Source: a virus
Lineage: Duplodnaviria > Caudoviricetes
Virus record (IMG/VR): IMGVR_UViG_3300037851_000542
Span: 128,001-192,000 of that record
Reading direction: 5' to 3' (one strand)
DNA length: 64,000 nucleotides
The translations under genes and the position numbers were made by a program. The notes below the pieces were generated by a model, which did not search any database, was not told where the DNA came from, and saw only the letters and a program-made list of their open reading frames with translations. Positions 30,381 to 38,830 of this stretch are shown here, in pieces (position 1 is the stretch's first letter; each line of letters begins with the position of its first letter).

Positions 30381-32752
30381 TATTTTGTTCTATACACCTT
30401 TGGCTTTAATACAAAAAACGTATCTTTTCCATTTAATGAAAATGTAGATTTATCAATTTTAATTCCATTTTCTTGACCTAGAGCTGTTAAGCATATAGAT
30501 GAGTCAATAGGGACTAATACTTGACATTCCTTAGGATACTTATTAATAAATAGTACGTCAGACCCCTCAGAGGTTCTGAAGTCCCATACAGTGTTTAATA
30601 GGTTTCCTGCATAATCTGCTACTCTTAAATTTATATCTATATCCTTATCATTTAAATATTTACACTTAGTATTATAAACTATCTGATAAGTCTTATTTCC
30701 TAGACTTATAATTTCGGGGACGACCTTAATACCCTCAACATACATTTCTAAAGAATTAAAATCTATATCTGTTTGATTGTCCTGTATTATAGCATAAATT
30801 ACCGTATCTTGACTATTAGCTAGTGAGTTATTTGCTGGAAACACCTCTATAAGTACTGGCGCAATAAAATCATCTACTATTCCAAATGTATACTCTGTTG
30901 TAACAGTGTTAGGAGGTCCGTCAGTGTCTTGTATTTCTATGTATACTGATACTGTAGACCCATACTCAAAATCAACTGTAGGGTTATATACAAGCTCCAG
31001 ACCACCTCCAAAAGGAGTGATCGATAGTTGGTCTGTTATATCAATACCATTTACTTTAAAAACTAAAGTATTAGTATTTAAAGGTATATTTCCTATGCCT
31101 ATAATTCTTACTAGAATATTAGTATCTACTGGGTTTTTTATGCTAAAGGGCTTTGGAAGAGCAAATAGCAAATAAATATACTGATTTAAAGTTATTTCTT
31201 CTATTAATGGAGGCTTCTGATCTATAAATGACTTTTCAACTATTGTAGCAGTCTGATTAATAAAAGTCTTACTTAAATAAGTATACTGGTCAATAAAGGT
31301 GCTAAATTGTATAGACTGTACCTGATCAATAAATGTAACAGTAGATAAATCACTAGATTGCACTAGTTCAAGGTCTGATGTTAATGTTTTTTGCTCCAAC
31401 GGCGCTTTGGAAATAAGATCCCCTTTTTGCTCAATATAATTAGAATTATCTATAAATGCTAACTGCTCTACTGGAAATTTAAAGGGTATTTGAGATAATA
31501 CATCCCTAACTGTAATAGAAACCAGATCAGATACTAAGGGTATTCCTGAGTTATAACTGGTGATACCTTGTCCTGATGTGTTTGTAGTTATGGTAGTAAG
31601 ACCTGCTGTAATAAAGCCATAAATATTGTCATCAGATACAGTTAAGTTCCTTAAAAATACGGGTATATTATATTGGTCTAATGCCGTAACTATAAAGTTA
31701 CATGACTTGTTATCTCCTAACAAAACAGAGTTTGTTGTCCGGTCTACAGATATGGATTTAAAATTAGGCGCTAAAAACTCTTCTTCTATCTGATACCTGC
31801 TATTAGCCCCGACTTCATCCACAAATTGATCAGCTAAAGTATTAAAACTAGTTTTTTCTGTCTGAAGCTTTTGAACTGAGATATTTGAAATGATCATATC
31901 ATACACTTTGATAATATCATTTTTATTAGATTTTATATTATTCAGCAACAGGCTATTATTAAATCCAATGTTGGCACCTATGGGTTTATATTGATATAAT
32001 TGTGAATTCCTAGAAAACCACAAATACCCATTATAAGAAGATGCAGCAGAAACCTGTGACCATTTATTACTATTAGATTCTGCAATAATAGAACCAGTAA
32101 ATTGGTCTATAATTATTAAAGACCCTCCATTAGGGTCTATGCCTGCAAAATTATTAAAGATATACATATTCTTTCTGTATATAACTTCGTCTCCCACTCC
32201 AAAGGCATATAGTGTTGGTCTGTTTAATGTTATTGTATTACCTGAAATGCCTATTACAGTAAATGCCTCTCTTTTACCTAGGTTAGCAGTAGATGGACCT
32301 AAGTAAATACTATCAAATATTGATATGTCTGTAACAGATGTTATATTTACAGTAGTAGCTCCTACAGATACTGGATTTTGTAAAACTGTATTATAAATAT
32401 GTATTGCAAAAGCCTCTGATGAATAAGTCCTTGAAAAGGTATTATTTAAAATAATCTCATTTTGTGCGCCAAATAATTTTTGTAATAGAGTACCAGTAGA
32501 GTTTAGTACCCACTTATTTATAAGAATACCAGTAGAAGTCTTACTTAAAGTGTAAAAGTAATAACCATCATACTCTAGTTCTAGTATTTCATTTTGTACG
32601 TTAGTATCTATTGGTATTGTGTTTACAACACTTCCTCCGGGATTAGTTTTAACAATTAAGCTGTCAGAGGTGTGATCTATGGTGTATACTCTGCCAGAAT
32701 CTGGACCATTTGATACATTTTGGTATAGAATATTTACGTTATCAAAAGCCAA
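30380..32752 (-). CDS. Putative tail protein: propeller-like region, Big_1-like domain and three Big_5-like domains
   Basis: ELEYDGYYFYTL...LINKW matches 32757..34043; TALDQYNIPV; APVLIEVFP. Confidence 0.6.
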   Translation of the reverse strand: MAFDNVNILYQNVSNGPDSGRVYTIDHTSDSLIVKTNPGGSVVNTIPIDTNVQNEILELEYDGYYFYTLSKTSTGILINKWVLNSTGTLLQKLFGAQNEIILNNTFSRTYSSEAFAIHIYNTVLQNPVSVGATTVNITSVTDISIFDSIYLGPSTANLGKREAFTVIGISGNTITLNRPTLYAFGVGDEVIYRKNMYIFNNFAGIDPNGGSLIIIDQFTGSIIAESNSNKWSQVSAASSYNGYLWFSRNSQLYQYKPIGANIGFNNSLLLNNIKSNKNDIIKVYDMIISNISVQKLQTEKTSFNTLADQFVDEVGANSRYQIEEEFLAPNFKSISVDRTTNSVLLGDNKSCNFIVTALDQYNIPVFLRNLTVSDDNIYGFITAGLTTITTNTSGQGITSYNSGIPLVSDLVSITVRDVLSQIPFKFPVEQLAFIDNSNYIEQKGDLISKAPLEQKTLTSDLELVQSSDLSTVTFIDQVQSIQFSTFIDQYTYLSKTFINQTATIVEKSFIDQKPPLIEEITLNQYIYLLFALPKPFSIKNPVDTNILVRIIGIGNIPLNTNTLVFKVNGIDITDQLSITPFGGGLELVYNPTVDFEYGSTVSVYIEIQDTDGPPNTVTTEYTFGIVDDFIAPVLIEVFPANNSLANSQDTVIYAIIQDNQTDIDFNSLEMYVEGIKVVPEIISLGNKTYQIVYNTKCKYLNDKDIDINLRVADYAGNLLNTVWDFRTSEGSDVLFINKYPKECQVLVPIDSSICLTALGQENGIKIDKSTFSLNGKDTFFVLKPKVYRTK

Positions 32753-32756
32753 GAGT

Positions 32757-34043
32757 CTAGGCTCCCTTAGTCTGAGCAGTAATAGTTACTAAAGCTGCTG
32801 TATCTCCGGAAGTGTATAAGGTAGTAGTTACTCCACTGACTGTATTGCTAGTAGTAGGGCTTACAAACCCTGGAGTAGGTCCTGCTGTATGATCGTCAGA
32901 AAACTGTACAGAGACAGTACCAACCGGCTGGTCAAACTGATCTCTTACAGTAGCTGTAATTGTAGAGGTAGACACAGCATCTGCACTAATTATAGCTGGG
33001 TCCGCAGTTAGAGAAATGCTTTGAGGTATTCTAGTCAGGGTACTTAATTGATAATTATATTGGGTTCCCCAGTCTTCTGTTGCAATAGTACCATTAGTAT
33101 TAAATGTAGCTTTCTGTTGTAGTCTAAACAGTGTATTATTTTGACTAGTTATTTCGTATACTGGTATTGTAGTGGTATTAACTTCTTGATTGTTTTGGGC
33201 GGCACTTTTAACATTATTTAAAAAATTAGAGTTTGTATCCTTGGTCTCTAAAAATAGTAAATTGGTTTCAACCATATAAACTAGATAATCTCTATTATCT
33301 TGTGGATCTTTTAAGTAATGAGCTGCTGTAGAAGATTTAAATTGTGTTCCTATGTCTCTTTGAACAACAGTTGGTAAGCTATCGTGAATATTAAAACTCA
33401 ATAATGCTCCATTGCCTCCGCTAGCAAAACTCTCATTCTGTCTATATTTATTAAATATCCAAATACGTTTAGACCAACAAAGATTGTCAGTTATATTATA
33501 AGTATATTGAAGGTTTGATGTTAAATTTACCTGGTTTCCAGGTCCTGTACTAGCTACTATAACTTGTTCAGTTCTTCCCTCAAATCCAGCAAAGGTAGAA
33601 GGTCCTAGAAATAATCTATTACCAGCCTCTATCCTATCAAAAGAGGATCCTGATACTAGGATATTATTATTTCCAGATGAAGCTACAGTTTGCAAGTCTG
33701 CGTGAAAATGTTCTACTGAAAAAGTACTTGTATCAAAAATAAAATTAGACAATCCACTGGACAATGTATAAGTTCTATCCAGTTGCAGTATAAAATCATC
33801 TATACCCCACCTTTTGATTAGTATAGACCCTGTATTAGTATTCTCTAAAGTCCAAAACCACCTTCCATCGTGCTCTAGGGCAGCTACTGAGTACTGTGTT
33901 GTAGAATCAAGTGCATAAGAGTATGCATTAGAACCGTCATCAGTCTTTTTATATAATACGTCTGCATTATCTGGAATATGATAAAAATAACCATCGACTC
34001 TGGTTACATTGGGTTTAGTTAGTCTTAGATTCTCTTTTGCCAT
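32757..34043 (-). CDS. Putative tail protein: propeller-like region plus Big_1-like domain
   Basis: ALEHDGRWFWTL; SLTADPAIISADAVSTSTITATVRDQFDQPV (classic Big_1 pattern). Confidence 0.65.
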   Translation of the reverse strand: MAKENLRLTKPNVTRVDGYFYHIPDNADVLYKKTDDGSNAYSYALDSTTQYSVAALEHDGRWFWTLENTNTGSILIKRWGIDDFILQLDRTYTLSSGLSNFIFDTSTFSVEHFHADLQTVASSGNNNILVSGSSFDRIEAGNRLFLGPSTFAGFEGRTEQVIVASTGPGNQVNLTSNLQYTYNITDNLCWSKRIWIFNKYRQNESFASGGNGALLSFNIHDSLPTVVQRDIGTQFKSSTAAHYLKDPQDNRDYLVYMVETNLLFLETKDTNSNFLNNVKSAAQNNQEVNTTTIPVYEITSQNNTLFRLQQKATFNTNGTIATEDWGTQYNYQLSTLTRIPQSISLTADPAIISADAVSTSTITATVRDQFDQPVGTVSVQFSDDHTAGPTPGFVSPTTSNTVSGVTTTLYTSGDTAALVTITAQTKGA

Positions 34044-34048
34044 GTAAA

Positions 34049-34708
34049 TTACTCAGTATATAAAGGCGTATATGGTATACTTACACTGGCATTTCCCCTT
34101 TGCCCTAATTGAAAGAATACTGCATTTCCAATACTAGTTACTTCTCCGTTTACTGACTCGTCTGCATTACCTATACCTGGAAATCCGGCATTTACTTGGA
34201 TATTTAAACCGTCTACTGCAGTTAGATTGTCAAATGTGACTCCTGTTATATTAGGCGATACGGCTTGTCCTGTGCTAACCCCTCTGAGCATTATAGGGGG
34301 ATTAAAGGACGCTGGCTGTCCTTGTACCTCTAAAATTGGTTTACTAACTAGTGTCCAACTTTGGGTTCCAAAACCATCAACTTCTTTGCTATAACTGTAG
34401 GACGTAACAAAAAAAGATCCTGCTATATTTCCTGGGTTGGAGCCTATACAGTTTCCTGGTGTGACGCTAAAATTAACAGTACTTGCATCTACACAAGATG
34501 TGCTTACCGGCAATGCTAAAGAATAACCCCTGCCCGATCCAGCATAATTAGTGACATTTATTTGCGTTTGAGTAGTTATTATTTTAAAGTACGGGTTAGG
34601 GCTACCTAGTACATAGTTAGATTGAATACTAGGTTGTTGTGATACAGAAACTGATAGTACTCCCTGAAGAGGGGAAACAAGTGTTGCAGTTCCGATTATA
34701 AATGCCAT
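34049..34708 (-). CDS. Tail-tube-fold baseplate/distal tail protein
   Basis: LQGVLSVSVSQQPSIQSNYVLGSPNP resembles the RVQ...ELG...P tube motif of 50456..52759. Confidence 0.4.
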   Translation of the reverse strand: MAFIIGTATLVSPLQGVLSVSVSQQPSIQSNYVLGSPNPYFKIITTQTQINVTNYAGSGRGYSLALPVSTSCVDASTVNFSVTPGNCIGSNPGNIAGSFFVTSYSYSKEVDGFGTQSWTLVSKPILEVQGQPASFNPPIMLRGVSTGQAVSPNITGVTFDNLTAVDGLNIQVNAGFPGIGNADESVNGEVTSIGNAVFFQLGQRGNASVSIPYTPLYTE

Positions 34709-34754
34709 ACCTTTAATTACCCTTCCATATAATCTTTTTAATTATATAGTACAT

Positions 34755-34790
34755 AAGCATACGGGAAAGCCTAAGCCTTCCCGTATGCTT
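34755..34790 (-). terminator. Hairpin, likely terminator downstream of 34830..36293
   Basis: AAGCATACGGGAA(G)GC-TTAG-GC(T)TTCCCGTATGCTT on the minus strand, 16-bp stem with one G-U pair; weak U-tract. Confidence 0.7.
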
Positions 34791-34829
34791 TGATTACCAC
34801 TATTTATAAAATAGTGGTAATTTACTTAA

Positions 34830-36293
34830 TTATGACCAGATTGAAAGAGGGGTTCTCTTCCAGCTATCTGTGCCAACTGCGATATATAGATAATCGTCTG
34901 ACCATCTAAGTTCTCCTTCTACACCAGAAGCAGATATTGAAGCAGGTTCTGCTCCAGAAGCTGTAGCTAGTCCGTTAGAGGCAGTAGTGAATCCAGTAAA
35001 TGTCTTATCTCCTGCTACACTTTGGTTTGTAGTAGTTTTAACAATACCACTTAGGGCTATTGTAACTTCGTTAGCACCTGCGCCTGAAGTAACTACAAAT
35101 AAGTCAGCATCAAAGTCAAATGTTTGAACCGCACCATTAACTGTTACGTTACCTTCTTGTACAATAACTGTAGCTGCAGATACTTGAGAATCTACATACT
35201 GCTTAGTTACTGCGTGTCCGGAAGCCGTAGGATCTGCGTGTAGAGTTAGGAATCCAGTCATTGTATCGCCAGAAACATTTACGAACTGTCCTTCAGCGAA
35301 ACCTGAGTAAGTTGCAATAGAGCTGGTTGTGAACGAGTTTGCTGTAGCAACTGCGTCTCCAGAAATAGTTACAATCTCAGTAGTGTCGATAAAGTGACCT
35401 TCAGCGAAACCTGAGTAAGTTGCAATAGAGCTGGTTGTGAACGAGTTTGCTGTAGCAACTGCGTCTCCAGAAATAGTTACAATCTCAGTAGTGTCGATAA
35501 AGTGACCTTCAGCGTATCCAGAGTAAGCTAGTAGATCAGCGCTGCTTGCTACACCTGTTAGGGTTATAACGGCTTCGCCTACACCAGAAGTTACGTTAAA
35601 GAATACTGCTCCAAAATCTAGTGAAGTTACAGAAGAGTTAACGCTTACGTTATCTTGTTGTACACCTAGAGTCAAGGAAGAAGCTAGATAACTAGAAGCT
35701 GCTAAAAGTTCAGAAGCATAAACAATATTATCAATAGCGTTGATAGTAGAACCGCTATCAGCTGTGAATCCAGTAGCCCAATGATCAGTGCTTTCATTCC
35801 AAAATAAAATAGAACCAGAAGAGGTTCCTCTTTCTACATAGAACCCTGCGTTAAGAGTAGGAGTTCCACTTGCATTTGTGTTTAGTCCAATAATGTTATC
35901 TTCAACCAATAGTGTTTCAGAAACAAGCAGACTTACGCCGCTTACTAGTGTAACGCTACCGTTAAATACGGTCTCCCCTTGGAAAGTTTTATTTCCAAAA
36001 ATCTCTTGGTTGGTGTTAGTGGTTACTAGTCCGGACACACCAACATTAGCTTCGCCTGTTGGAGATTCAGATACAGTTAAGTATTCACCAAAATCAATTG
36101 TACCAACGTTGAAAGTACCAGCGTCGTCTTTTTTAACAGAGAGTGGAGTAGAAGATCCACTGATTGTAAAAGCAGCGTTAGTTTTACTAACACTAATCCC
36201 ACCTGTTCCTGTAATTGTCAAATTGTCTTCTGTAAAGTTACCAGAAGCTACTCTATCTATACGTAGAGATCCGTCTGCTAATGTAATTGGCAT
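34830..36293 (-). CDS. Tail/virion fibre protein
   Basis: GD.MTGFLTL.ADPTASGHAVTKQYVD, Q.I.GNKTF modules, C-terminal GELRWSDDYLYIAVGTDSWKR..L cap; 19 SG. Confidence 0.75.
   Translation of the reverse strand: MPITLADGSLRIDRVASGNFTEDNLTITGTGGISVSKTNAAFTISGSSTPLSVKKDDAGTFNVGTIDFGEYLTVSESPTGEANVGVSGLVTTNTNQEIFGNKTFQGETVFNGSVTLVSGVSLLVSETLLVEDNIIGLNTNASGTPTLNAGFYVERGTSSGSILFWNESTDHWATGFTADSGSTINAIDNIVYASELLAASSYLASSLTLGVQQDNVSVNSSVTSLDFGAVFFNVTSGVGEAVITLTGVASSADLLAYSGYAEGHFIDTTEIVTISGDAVATANSFTTSSIATYSGFAEGHFIDTTEIVTISGDAVATANSFTTSSIATYSGFAEGQFVNVSGDTMTGFLTLHADPTASGHAVTKQYVDSQVSAATVIVQEGNVTVNGAVQTFDFDADLFVVTSGAGANEVTIALSGIVKTTTNQSVAGDKTFTGFTTASNGLATASGAEPASISASGVEGELRWSDDYLYIAVGTDSWKRTPLSIWS
35290..35514. 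repeat. Perfect in-frame 108-bp tandem duplication (36 aa unit)
   Basis: CCTTCAGCG starts at 35290, 35398 and 35506; the two full units are identical at DNA level. Confidence 0.97.
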
Positions 36294-36400
36294 CGTATTT
36301 ACCCCAAAATTTTATCTGTTTATAAACGTGATTGTTATTTAATTATATAATTAATCAAATATTTATTTTTTCATAATAAATATCCAACATACAAAGAGTA

Positions 36401-36407
36401 TAGTATA
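36401..36407 (-). promoter_or_regulatory. TATACTA putative late promoter
   Basis: Exact motif in intergenic DNA upstream of 36293. Confidence 0.55.
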
Positions 36408-36459
36408 ATATAAGTCTTTATACAAGTTTTTATTTAATTAAATCATATATTTATATGAT

Positions 36460-36651
36460 TTAAATTAGAGGTGCTCCGCAAACTATACACTCTTTAGATG
36501 TATTTCTTGTAAAGCAAGTTTTACAGGTTCTTACTAAAGTACCTGCTGGTATTCTACTACTTTTTACAAAACTTTTAGGCAGAGGTACTGTATTATTTGT
36601 AGTACTTTCACCGTTGATAATTATTTTTTTATTTTTATTACAACAAGACAT
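36460..36651 (-). CDS. Small Cys-rich Zn-ribbon protein
   Basis: MSCC...CKTC...CIVCG. Confidence 0.7.
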   Translation of the reverse strand: MSCCNKNKKIIINGESTTNNTVPLPKSFVKSSRIPAGTLVRTCKTCFTRNTSKECIVCGAPLI

Positions 36652-36668
36652 ATCTTACCTCCTCTTAA

Positions 36669-37283
36669 TTATTCTATTTCCCCTATCGCTGTAATCCTAT
36701 GATCGTAATAATCTGTACCAGATAAAGGCTCGCTTTGAATATTAATTATATAGCCATAAAAAGTGCTTGAACCTAATGGTAATGAAAAATGACCTATATC
36801 TCCAGATAATTTATTTTTGCTAGTAAGCACAAAACTTAAAGTGGCTAAACCTTGGTTATTTAAGGATACTGTTATGCTATTTGGATCTAATATATTATCT
36901 GGATTTTTATCGCTGCTTTTTTCAACACACTCGGTTTCCCCATCATCGCAGGGATTTGAATTGTTTCCAGTAATTGAATTTGTTTTTGGGGTTCCATTTG
37001 AACCGTCAGCATATTCTGTAGGCTTATATGCTATAGATGCACTAAATATTAAATCTCCATTCACATTACCTTGTGCTTTGAAGTCGGCGGATACATAAGC
37101 ATTGTCTTCAAAAGATCTTAAACACGCATCTTTTGAGAGCAGGACTTGTTCAGTAGCAGGACAGTTAAGTATTTCCTGAGTAGAATACCCAAAAGAATAT
37201 ACTACTAAACCATTAGCGCTAGCATTACCTTCACACATTTTAGGTAAAGGTTTTCCTATTCTATCTCTTCTTATGAATACCAT
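36669..37283 (-). CDS. Putative baseplate/tail tip protein
   Basis: Position downstream of the hub genes; beta-rich. Confidence 0.45.
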   Translation of the reverse strand: MVFIRRDRIGKPLPKMCEGNASANGLVVYSFGYSTQEILNCPATEQVLLSKDACLRSFEDNAYVSADFKAQGNVNGDLIFSASIAYKPTEYADGSNGTPKTNSITGNNSNPCDDGETECVEKSSDKNPDNILDPNSITVSLNNQGLATLSFVLTSKNKLSGDIGHFSLPLGSSTFYGYIINIQSEPLSGTDYYDHRITAIGEIE

Positions 37284-37285
37284 CT

Positions 37286-38122
37286 TTAAAATCCAGCATC
37301 ATTTAAATTAAATATATCAGCAGCAGATACAATAGATGGTGAATTATTTATATTATCTACATTAATTCCACCGTTGGTACCATTACCTAGTCCGGCATTA
37401 TTTTTTGCGCCATTTTTAATAAATTGAAAATTATATGAAACAGTAGCAGGCTGAGTTGGAAAATTTACACTATAATTAAAACCTACTAGAAAACAACACC
37501 CAAAATTAAATACTGTATAAAAATTATCTTTAGATGGCATCTCTACAGAAATAGGACCTCCTGTGAATTTAAATGAACTTCCTACATCTACACCTAATCT
37601 AGTACCTAAAGAAATACCATTTATATTTTGTAATCTTCTTTCTTCTGTTGAGAATGCGACATTATCTATAGTTGCTACAGAGCCAATGTCTCCTGTAAAC
37701 TGTACACTAGCATTATCTTCTGGTATTAAATAAGTTGAATCACTAAAATAGTCTTGTTTTTGAATAACATTTTGAGAAGCCTGTATTGTACCTTCACACC
37801 TTATATTATTCCAAGGATCTTGTCCTGCGTTAAAAGCATAAGCAGTAAGAGTTATATTACCAATAATAGGACCTTTTATAGTTTTTTTACTGCTACTCCC
37901 AGAGCCACCGCCACTGCCACCGTTTGAACCGGGGCTAATTGAACCTACTGGTCCTGCAAAAACTTGATTTGGTGTAAAGCCTGCTTGTCCACCACCTCCT
38001 GATAATTTTCCACAATCACTAGTATCGACTGTTTTAAAGTTACCTCTAGTAGAGAGACTAATAGATATGACTCCTTCTATATTTCCACAATTTGCTGGCT
38101 CACATCTTATACAAAATGGCAT
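37286..38122 (-). CDS. Putative baseplate/tail tip protein
   Basis: Context; Gly-rich linker; C-terminal LVGFNYSVNFPTQPATVSYNF tube/hub-like strand pattern. Confidence 0.45.
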   Translation of the reverse strand: MPFCIRCEPANCGNIEGVISISLSTRGNFKTVDTSDCGKLSGGGGQAGFTPNQVFAGPVGSISPGSNGGSGGGSGSSSKKTIKGPIIGNITLTAYAFNAGQDPWNNIRCEGTIQASQNVIQKQDYFSDSTYLIPEDNASVQFTGDIGSVATIDNVAFSTEERRLQNINGISLGTRLGVDVGSSFKFTGGPISVEMPSKDNFYTVFNFGCCFLVGFNYSVNFPTQPATVSYNFQFIKNGAKNNAGLGNGTNGGINVDNINNSPSIVSAADIFNLNDAGF

Positions 38123-38132
38123 ATAATTTAAA

Positions 38133-38139
38133 TAGTATA
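38133..38139 (-). promoter_or_regulatory. TATACTA putative late promoter
   Basis: Exact motif 11 nt upstream of ATG 38122. Confidence 0.5.
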
Positions 38140-38144
38140 ATTAG

Positions 38145-38825
38145 TTACTTACTGGAAAAGACGGCAAAAGCAGGTCCTCCGCCCCTTTCGCTTAAATCCA
38201 ATTTTTCGTGAGTATGTAGACCCAAACCACCTCCTCCACCAGGCGGTCCAACTTTAGGCATAGGATCTGCTAAGGCTATTGTAGGGTGAATGCTACTTAT
38301 AGTGTTACTTTGACCTGCGGATAAAAGGTTATTCATTTCTCTAAAATTAGGACTATTAGATACCACACTAATCGGAGAAAAAGTTCTGTCAATATCGTAT
38401 AAACTCGGAGGATCGTCAAAACCTAGAAAAGCACGTTCTTCTATATTTGTTATCATAGCTATAGGACCTATGCCGTTTAATTTCTGTCTTCTAGTGATTC
38501 TTTTATTTCTGAGTTTATAAAGTTCATCTTCTGCGGTTATATTTAATATAACATTTCCTGCACAATCTCCCGATGCCGCCGAATTTATACTTACAATTAT
38601 TCCTCTAAAGACATTTTGAGATTGAAATCTAATTAGTATGCCACCTCCTGATAATCCTAGTGCTAACTTTTCTGTAGAATCTGAAATCTTTAAAGATACA
38701 CTTGCTTTGCTCACTTGTCCTCTTGATCTTTTTACACCTGCTGATAAAACATTAGGTGTAGATACTATCAGATCTCCAAGTTTTACTTCACATAATGCAG
38801 GTGTATATATAAAAGTATCTGCCAT
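38145..38825 (-). CDS. Putative baseplate hub/tail protein
   Basis: VKRSRGQVSKASVSL...VFRGIIVSI...ITAEDEL pattern typical of hub-type barrels. Confidence 0.5.
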   Translation of the reverse strand: MADTFIYTPALCEVKLGDLIVSTPNVLSAGVKRSRGQVSKASVSLKISDSTEKLALGLSGGGILIRFQSQNVFRGIIVSINSAASGDCAGNVILNITAEDELYKLRNKRITRRQKLNGIGPIAMITNIEERAFLGFDDPPSLYDIDRTFSPISVVSNSPNFREMNNLLSAGQSNTISSIHPTIALADPMPKVGPPGGGGGLGLHTHEKLDLSERGGGPAFAVFSSK

Positions 38826-38830
38826 ATATT

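Noticed and set aside
35290-35514. 108-bp repeat as a CRISPR array or DGR template
   Set aside because: No spacers; it is an in-frame coding duplication. No cas or reverse transcriptase gene is in the window, and there is no adenine-specific variation.
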